IMG/VR virus record: IMGVR_UViG_3300017447_000001
Location: 1,227-65,226 of that record
Direction: 5' to 3' (one strand)
Source of the DNA: a virus
Length of the DNA: 64,000 bases
Below the pieces are notes generated by a model, which made no database searches, was not told the DNA's origin, and worked only from the letters and a program-made list of their open reading frames with translations. This document shows positions 59,138-64,000 of this stretch, piece by piece. How positions within the stretch are numbered: position 1 is the first letter of the stretch; every line of letters starts with the position of its first letter. A program made the translations under genes and the position numbers.

Positions 59138-59865
59138 TTAATTAGTGGTGTATTCTACCATGAAGCAGGACATCGAGGCCATATTGCCTTGTGTGTGGGC
59201 TATAAGCGCCAGTCCGTTGCTTTGAATGATGTGTTTGGCGTGGTGCAGGTCACGGTCTAAGTTACGGGAGCGTACTTCTAAACCATTGGATAGTTGTTTT
59301 ACTCTTTCTCCCTGAAAGATGCTGATGAACTTATCCATGTCGGTGGGGGTGGTTGTTACTTTTGGTTTCATATTATCTTGATTTAGGTGTATAAGTAAGT
59401 AGGTTGTATAGAAAATATCCTGCTGCAAAGGCAAACGGTAGCCACAATGGTGATACTACCCATATCCAATCCCATTCTATGTCTTTGTCTAACTTGAGGG
59501 CTACGAATATAACCGTCAATAAGATGTAAAAGGCGTACTTCATAATGTTTATTGGTTTATTCTGATAGCCATTTGTAAAGGTCTTTACGGGTGTTAAATT
59601 GGTACACTTGTCCTACTCGGTTAAGTGACTTCACTGCGGCTTGTACGCTTTTAAACGTCCTGCCATTGTCGTATGCACAGTTACAAACTGTATATCCCAT
59701 CTCTGAAGGGATAGGCATAAACCCATCATTACCCACATGACACACAAATCCTTTTTCGCCATCTCCATAATCGAACCCTATGTTGGCCGTGTTCTCAATG
59801 TCGTCTAAATAAAGTGTTTTTGGTTTTTTGCTTTCTACTAGAATTGCGTTTTTTGGTGTTTCCAT
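59138..59865 (-). CDS. Two small hypothetical ORFs (59138-59434; 59557-59865)
   Basis: ORF track, A-rich leaders. Confidence 0.5.
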
Positions 59866-59988
59866 GATTTATATTGTTTTACTTGTTATCTGTTTCAGTG
59901 TAGGGTATAGCAAGGCTATTTACCCCTGTTTATATTGGGTATTTCGATGTGAAATGTAGTGTCCAGTTTATGTAAGTCTACTATTTCA

Positions 59989-60762
59989 CTACTTTAATTC
60001 TATAGTATTAGGGAGTTGTTTCCACACATACCCTTTAGACGAAAGAAAATAATTTGGTGGTAGACATAAACAATAGAACTGTCTTTTGTCCATTCTTTCA
60101 GGTGAGTGTTGTTCAACTCTTTTTTTAGAGGCAATCAGGCCCATTCTATTAAGGCGCTGTTGCAATCTCATGCCGGTGGCGGTGCTGCGGTTGGTTAGTT
60201 TACCAAACTTTTGGTTAGAAATAGTCAGAACGTTTTGGATAGAACTTTCAAGAAGGTGTCGTACAGGATATTTTTTGAAGTAGGCGCGGAGGCTTTTATA
60301 CTCCTGCTTGCTTTTAATTTCCTGTTTGTGAAATTTTAAGGCGTTGTTCTTATCTCGGTTTGTTCTGAACTGAAAATGTAAATTACGTTTTATAACTGCG
60401 AACCTGAGAAGGTCGCGCTGGATCGGCTTGTTATTTTTTTCTGATACTCCGACAGGTACGGTTAATTTACTCTCTTTAAAGAAGTCATTGTTCGATTTAA
60501 GGTGCAAATCATGCGCTGAGAACGAGACTAAGCCTTTTTTGGATAGTAGGGCTATGTGAAACGATGCAGTGCTTGGTGAGCAGCTTAAAAGGCTGGCAAT
60601 CTTTCTTAAAGAGTAGTTGTAAATAATGGGCTTGCGGTTGCAGGACTTCAGCCAGACGAAGTAACACAGGCTATCAATCCAGTTTTCAGCAATAGCTTTC
60701 TCAATTATCCCGAGGGTTAACCAAGTCTTGTTTTCGTATACTGTGTGTCTTTTGTATTTCAT
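59989..60762 (-). CDS. Winged-helix replication-initiator-like protein
   Basis: HTH YSLRKIASLLSCSPSTASFHIALLSKKGLV and a second SNQKFGKL..RSTATGMRLQQRLNRMGLI. Confidence 0.55.
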   Translation of the reverse strand: MKYKRHTVYENKTWLTLGIIEKAIAENWIDSLCYFVWLKSCNRKPIIYNYSLRKIASLLSCSPSTASFHIALLSKKGLVSFSAHDLHLKSNNDFFKESKLTVPVGVSEKNNKPIQRDLLRFAVIKRNLHFQFRTNRDKNNALKFHKQEIKSKQEYKSLRAYFKKYPVRHLLESSIQNVLTISNQKFGKLTNRSTATGMRLQQRLNRMGLIASKKRVEQHSPERMDKRQFYCLCLPPNYFLSSKGYVWKQLPNTIELK

Positions 60763-60901
60763 CTGCCTTTTAAGTCCTTCGGCAGAATTGCAAGGTTCTA
60801 CTGTTGGAGTGCTGTAAAGGTATGTGAACCTTTTTTAAAAAGCAAACGCCCCGACATATTTTGTATCGGAGCGTTAAATACTTTTTAAGAACCTTGCGTC
60901 A

Positions 60902-60932
60902 CAAATGTAGCAACGATTGTTCCAAAAACAAA
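60902..60932 (-). promoter_or_regulatory. Bacteroidota primary-sigma promoter (TTTG-N19-TACATTTG) for the Rep-like gene
   Basis: CAAATGTA 60902-60909, CAAA 60929-60932. Confidence 0.7.
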
Positions 60933-60939
60933 ATTATTT

Positions 60940-61116
60940 TTACCAAGGGAGGTCAACATCTTCTTCCAAGTGTATGGATAGGTCTTTGTTTTCCCCGTAA
61001 TAACCTGCTTTTATGGCGTCTTCCGACATTGTACGAACAAGATTAGCGTATTCTTCTAACCTGTTGACAATTTCTTCTCTGGTTCCTGCTCCTGTGATTT
61101 TTAATTCTATAATCAT
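60940..61116 (-). CDS. 58 aa ORF ending EEDVDLPW
   Basis: Own translation MIIELKITGAG...HLEEDVDLPW; not in ORF track. Confidence 0.55.
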   Translation of the reverse strand: MIIELKITGAGTREEIVNRLEEYANLVRTMSEDAIKAGYYGENKDLSIHLEEDVDLPW

Positions 61117-61320
61117 TTTAAGCCCTTATAAGCGTTAATAACTTAGTTAATGATCTGTGATACCACCGGCTTATAGTTATTGCCGTGAGTGGCTTTAAAC
61201 TGCCGTTTAGCGTTCTTTGCTTTGGTACGCTCTAATACGTCCTTTTTAAATACGCTGTAATCTACTGTTGTTCTGAATGTGTGCTGTACTGGTTTCATGT
61301 TGTTGCTTGATTTTAAATGG

Positions 61321-61692
61321 TTATTGATTTATTAATGTTGATAGTTCGTTTTCAATATTGTAGGGCGTAAAACTGAAAAAGAAACAAGGGTAATAACTAT
61401 CGTCGTTATTGGTTCCGAATGACAACCAGACGTGTTTGGTTCGGGTTGATACTAAGTTATACCCTTCGTTGTTGTTTTCGCCTCCAATGTCTTGTATAAT
61501 CACTTCATCTAAAAAGGCTCCTTTTTCAGCGTCAGCGCGCACAATCTTAACTTCGCCTAGGTATGATCTGTAACCGTCACTTTCGTCTTCAAGTACTTCA
61601 AATACTACAGTACCAAGCTGAAAGCAATTTAGGTCATTGCAGGCGTATAGTTTTGCGTTTTGCCCGATTAGTTTATCAAAATTTACATTCAT
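61321..61692 (-). CDS. Hypothetical protein
   Basis: 123 aa ORF. Confidence 0.6.
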   Translation of the reverse strand: MNVNFDKLIGQNAKLYACNDLNCFQLGTVVFEVLEDESDGYRSYLGEVKIVRADAEKGAFLDEVIIQDIGGENNNEGYNLVSTRTKHVWLSFGTNNDDSYYPCFFFSFTPYNIENELSTLINQ

Positions 61693-61892
61693 GATTCTTT
61701 TTTAAATAAGTTATTGATTTGATCTTTTTGTTCCTGGGCTAATATAAGCCCGTATAGCGTTTCCAATGCTTCAGTCAGGTTCTTATACTCACTTTCTATC
61801 TTTTCTTTCACTACGGGCCTTAAATACACCTTAGATTGTATTTTCTTTTCGTCATACAGCTTCGGCCTCCCTCCGTTATATCGTTTATTCAT
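61689..61892 (-). CDS. Small DNA-binding protein (ribbon-helix-helix-like)
   Basis: GGRPKL...KVYLRPVVKEKIE. Confidence 0.55.
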   Translation of the reverse strand: MNKRYNGGRPKLYDEKKIQSKVYLRPVVKEKIESEYKNLTEALETLYGLILAQEQKDQINNLFKKES

Positions 61893-61895
61893 AGG

Positions 61896-63997
61896 CTACC
61901 ACTTAAACGGCCTTGTAAATAAATATTCGTCGCTTGGTTCAATATATACTTTGGTTAAAGGCTTACTGTTGCTTTCTATAAAATCTCTTTTGTACAAGCC
62001 TTGATTTAAAGGTTTCATTTTACCAACATATACTTTTACGTTTGCGAACGGGTTGCCGCCTTTTTTATTTTTGTATCTCATAATGTTAAACAAATAAGGT
62101 TTGTAACTTTTTTAAATCCTGCTCATACTCTGCTTTTTGTTCCTGAGAGTATAACCAGATGTGCGTTTGACTGTAAAAGGTGAATGTGATTTTGTAACCT
62201 GTTGCTTTACCACCGAGCGCGGTTTTATCCTCTCCATAAGAGAATAGTATAACATTATCGACATTTACCACATCATTAGTACTTCCTATTTTGTTACCCT
62301 GTACTGAGGGCTGTATAAACTTTGCCATTGTATTAATTATTTAGGGGTTGAACATTGTGTTGTATCACTCTTAAATGTGACATGTCCGGCGCCTCACTTT
62401 GCGCCATGGCTTTATCGTATGCTTTAGCAAGCTCTAAATTACGCGGTGTGTGTTCGCGTCCCATTAAATAGATACGCTCGTTTTTGCTTAACTGTGTGCT
62501 TTGGTTGTTCTTTCTTAAATCTATCATGACTGTTTAGTTTTTTAGTTTAAAAGTTTCTGTCCCGTTATTTATGCACAACATTGATAAATATATTATACCT
62601 TTCATTAAATCAATTTTGGGGTTTTCTTCTAAAATATATTCGTCAAATACCCGGTGAATAGAATACGTGTTTTTTGATTCTGCCTTGACACTGTTTTTTA
62701 AAAACATAAGAGTTTTTCTATTTATCATGTCTTTTCTTATTTCTATCATAGCTATTGATGTTTAATTTACTATATTAAGCCATTACAGCCTATATGGGCG
62801 CATATCTATACTGCAATGGTGTATTGGTATGGTTAATGAATAATAATTGATTATAGGTCTTTATTGTCCCGTTACGTCCTTGATAAATTCATTATACAGT
62901 TCTTTTAAATCGTTTCGGCCTTTATGATTTTCACCGTCTATAAAATAAAACTGACCTTTGTATTTCTTTACGTTGTTTTGTATGTGGGTTGTTCTTTTGC
63001 TTGTCCACATAAGAAATTTTATAGCTGATTCCATAACTCAATATTTAATTAAAGTCAAATGATATTTATTACCGTAACGCGGTGCATCAATGATGTGATA
63101 GTGTTTGTTATGCAACTCCCGCAGCTTAACGCTGTCTTTAACGCTTGTTTTAACGTCTACAACGAGTTTAATCTTAATCGGGGTAGCATGAGCCATTAAT
63201 ACGATCAACAGGCTTATAATGGTTAATATAGCTTTCATTATTGTATGTCTCTAAGTTGTTCTAATTGCTCTTCGTTAAACAGGTTTTCAATTCCTTCCCA
63301 CTCCTTAACAACTCGTTTGTAAATTGTCAAAGCTTCGCGATTGTTATCATAACCGTATTCATTGCAAAAATCTCCAAAGCTTTCAGGATTATATTTAGTT
63401 AAACAGGCTAATATATCATACGCTGTAGGTTCTTTTGCACCGGCTGCAATACTTTGTCCGAAGTCAAAGTTGTAAGAACCCAGTTTGTTTTTAAGTCTAA
63501 CCCTGAATATGTGGCGTGCTTGTTTATCGCCTGCAAAATGGTAATCGTATTTTTTCCATTTAACTGTGATTGCTGTAGATGTAGCGTTAAGAAAGTCCAA
63601 TGCTTGTTGGTTGTAATCTGTAGTTGTCATGATAAAAATCGTTTTAAATGTCGTTATACTATTGGTGTGTATTGTAATGTTTGATTTAAGGCTGTTTATA
63701 GCCCGTGTAGGAGGTTTATAATGTATCGATGTACAAACCGGCTGTGTCCCGATAATTGTAACCGTAATACACTAAATCGTTACGCTCGCCTTTGTCAATC
63801 TTTTTCAAGATACTTTTTTTAATGGCGTTTAACTTTTGTAAGGCTGTGAATGCTTCAGACGTTTCACCTTTATGCGACATAGTGCAACCTTTCACTTCGC
63901 CAATATATTTCAGTTCTTTATTTAAAACCTCATACATTGCTAGTGTGTAGTTTGAACCGCCATAAGTACGGCTGTATTTGCGTTCTTTTTCGATCAT
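61896..63997 (-). CDS. Cluster of small early hypothetical ORFs (61896-62093; 62086-62328; 62333-62527; 62534-62749; 63038-63238; 63238-63630; 63716-63997)
   Basis: Packed, AT-rich minus-strand ORFs typical of a host-takeover region. Confidence 0.5.
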
Positions 63998-64000
63998 GAT

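Noticed and set aside
47625-59886. Identical 15-mer ATTGTTTTACTTGTT at about 47625 and 59872 as an operator
   Set aside because: Both lie in A-rich translation leaders (AACAAGTAAAACAAT on the coding strand), the normal Bacteroidota initiation context; low complexity
1-64000. CRISPR array, TIGR-like array or other spaced repeat array
   Set aside because: No regularly spaced repeats seen in any intergenic region; the only long repeat is the coding collagen tract. By-eye scan only.
1-64000. Diversity-generating retroelement or retron
   Set aside because: No reverse transcriptase motif (YxDD in RT context) and no TR/VR pair recognised near the fibre genes
1-64000. Stop-codon reassignment as in some crAss-like phages
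   Set aside because: Long genes are intact and densely packed under the standard code, and all three stop codons are used
1-64000. Integrase, repressor or att site indicating an integrated prophage
   Set aside because: No tyrosine or serine recombinase and no host genes in the window; lifestyle cannot be decided here

Overview
The whole 64 kb window is most or all of a tailed dsDNA phage genome infecting Bacteroidota. The host call rests on repeated TAnnTTTG -7 promoter elements, A-rich leaders without Shine-Dalgarno sites, and Bacteroidota-type signal peptides. The + strand (1-39983) carries a 5'-truncated primase/SF4-helicase, a tandem GroES-like protein, terminase, portal, zincin, scaffold and major capsid. 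It continues with ring/muzzle and ejection proteins of a crAss-like podovirus-type virion, fibre proteins, a cluster of small independently promoted envelope cassettes (35.0-38.6 kb), and a GH19 endolysin/holin/spanin cassette. The - strand (40021-63997) carries early/middle genes: GH71-like glycanase, solo TnpB element, DUF4031, C5 methyltransferase, HNH and PD-(D/E)XK nucleases, ECF sigma factor, RusA, SSB-like protein, RNase H, a winged-helix Rep-like protein and many small ORFs. No CRISPR array, reverse transcriptase, integrase, DNA polymerase or RNA polymerase was recognised. Top leads: (1) a transposase-less TnpB element that splits a gene at its start codon and supplies a replacement start; (2) envelope cassettes encoding two predicted 6-residue lipopeptides, a Gly-Gly-leader Cys peptide with a membrane partner, and matching antisense promoter-like motifs; (3) tRNA-like RNAs with a defective or missing anticodon arm; (4) fibre/collagen proteins carrying Sec signal peptides; (5) a GH71-like cassette outside the tail module. 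All family assignments are by eye from motifs; no searches were run.
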